This document shows positions 61,961 to 64,000 of a DNA stretch of 64,000 nucleotides, one piece after another; position 1 is the stretch's first letter, and every line of letters begins with the position of its first letter. The stretch spans positions 1,054,001 through 1,118,000 of the forward strand of contig JAWMAR010000384.1 in assembly GCA_036785375.1 (NCBI GenBank), in the 5' to 3' direction. This DNA comes from Leucoraja ocellata. Lineage: Eukaryota. A program made the translations under genes and the position numbers. A model generated the notes under the pieces. The model saw only the letters and a program-made list of their open reading frames with translations, was not told where the DNA came from and did not search any database.

Positions 61961-64000
61961 GTACGTCTGTGTTACATTACAACAAACATGTCCAAACTTA
62001 ATCCTTGTGTGGGCCACAAACCTGCGATGTTTGTGTTTATTACTAACCACTGTGAATTTCATGGGCCTGAGGTTTGGATGGGATTTTGTTCAGTGCTGTG
62101 GCCTTGGTGGATAATAATCAAATCATGGAGTCAGATGTACACACAGTCTGTGGCTTACAAGTGATGTCGTTTGCAGAAAATAGTCAGAATATTCATTATA
62201 CAGAATGCAAATTCCTGAGCAGAGTGAATGGAATGATTTAAACGACTTAAGCATCTGTGGAGAGAGAAGCTGTGTACATTGCAGATTGAAGACCTTTCAT
62301 CAGAACTGCAAAAATGAAAAACAGGAATAAATTCAGTAAAGGATTCCTGGACTTTCTCAATGAATATAAAACTATAGCTACAAAGGGGTATTGTTATTGG
62401 TTTTGGTTTATCTTGGTATTATCGCTAGATCTGGCCATGTGATGAAATACCTTGGACAGATTATCTAATTATGGGTGAGTAGTCGAGTCATGGTAAAGCA
62501 TTCTAAGATTAGAAATGGAATGAGTATGGGTAGAGGTTAGCAGAAAAGCTGTAAATATATGGAATAAAAATGCTCAACTTTTTAAATAATAAATAAATAT
62601 GGAAATTAAAACTAATTTCAATCCTGGCACTGAGGTAAACAAAAGCTGCTGTAAGCATTTTAGGTTGCAGACCAGTGTTGGTGTGAGAATGGTCAAAGGA
62701 AGAGCATTTCTGTGTGCTCCTGTCTTCCATCAATAGGAATTATTTGTTTGGATACTTCTAGCCTTTTCTGGATTTCCCCAGATTTTCCTGGCTGGTTTGA
62801 TGCTGGGTACATTTTTCCTGAATCATTCCAAAAATCACATAGCAAAATTGGAACTTAAATTGGGTCATCATTTACTTTGCCTGACTTCATTTCATGAAAT
62901 CTCCACTCTTGATATTGTTACTTGGAAATAGTAGCGGCAGAATTTGATTTGCATTACCCCACCACCTCATTCTTGCTGGTCAGTAATGTGGTTAAAATGT
63001 AACCTTTGTTATTGTGAGATCAGGCCATTTTATTTTTAATAACCTTATTAACCATACAATGCAATAGAAATAGTGGAGGAGCAGTATTGCCTTAGGCTAA
63101 ATCCTCTCAGAATATTATAGGATAGGCTAGGCTAAAATTCTGCGGATGCCAGGGGCAATTACGTAGGGAAAAAAAACATAAGATTTGATTCAGAAAGTAT
63201 GGAATAAAAAAATCAGGAATAATAATTCTTTTAAATTATCAGTTCGCAAAATGCAGTATTATACACTCAGGCTGACACTTGCCATGACAACCGTTGCCTA
63301 GTGCTGGGGCAGTAATTATCTCTCAGTCAACTCCAAGCCTAAGCAATCTGTTCATTCTCAAATCACCAGGCAGCAAACTTGAAAACTGGGTCAAATGAAA
63401 TCCTGGCAGAAATTTGATGAATTTTGAGACAAAGCTCCTTTTAGTTGGTCCTTCCCAATATTACTAGGAGGTCTGGTCACTCTACAACTTAAAGATAGGC
63501 ATTACTTAATATTGCAAATTAGACTAAACAAATATCGTTTCGAGGTAATAGACAAATTTGAAATACTTACACGAAATGTGGTAAAGGCTCCCAAATAGAG
63601 CTGTGAAGATGTAAATCCTGAAATCGTTTGAGAAGGTGTAATGTTATTTTGAAAATCTGCATTTTCAGGAGTGCTAGAGAAATGTGGCTGTAAATAATAA
63701 ACCTATCTCCAGATTGGATCTTGCAATGCTAAATTGGCAATCTTTTGATTTTGGATGTGAGCTCTACAGGAAATCAATGCAAAGTTAGCAATTAGCAATT
63801 GACATGGCTGTGCTGCTGTACATGCTGTGCTTAGATAATAAACCGGCAAAGCTTCCTGCTTTTGATTTGTTTTCCTTTGATTTGTGCTGGTAATTATACC
63901 TGTGAGATTACGTGCTGAAACTGATTTTATCCGCTCTTTGACAGCGGTTGGCTATTTAGATAATCACATTCACTTCTCTATTTATTCATTGTACCAAGTT

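Overview
Vertebrate genomic DNA, most likely a cartilaginous fish (shark/skate/ray), judged from HE1-like V-SINEs, CR1/HER1-like LINE fragments and Deu-SINE-like relics. There are two + strand intron-containing genes. RAB35 has coding exons 2-6 at 7223-35814, with exon 1 upstream of the window. TOP3B (DNA/RNA topoisomerase III beta) has coding exons 1-10 at 45743-61960, including the catalytic GYISYPRTET motif, and continues past the window end. Introns are dense in retroelements, and a decayed IR/DR-type DD34E Tc1 transposon sits 41 bp behind a TOP3B donor. The most striking non-genic signal is about 20 short, often fold-back insertions of one Penelope-like terminal repeat family, several with clean 10-14 bp target-site duplications (TSDs). 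They carry a minimal hammerhead-ribozyme-like core (CUGAAGA-A-stem II-GAAA-CG-UC). The best copy (8875-8916) is sense in RAB35 intron 2 and has captured 44 bp of nearby RAB35 intron inside its TSD. Most ORFs in the supplied track are noise, repeat fragments or exon read-through. Repeat family names come from recalled consensus motifs, and their boundaries are approximate unless a TSD is given.
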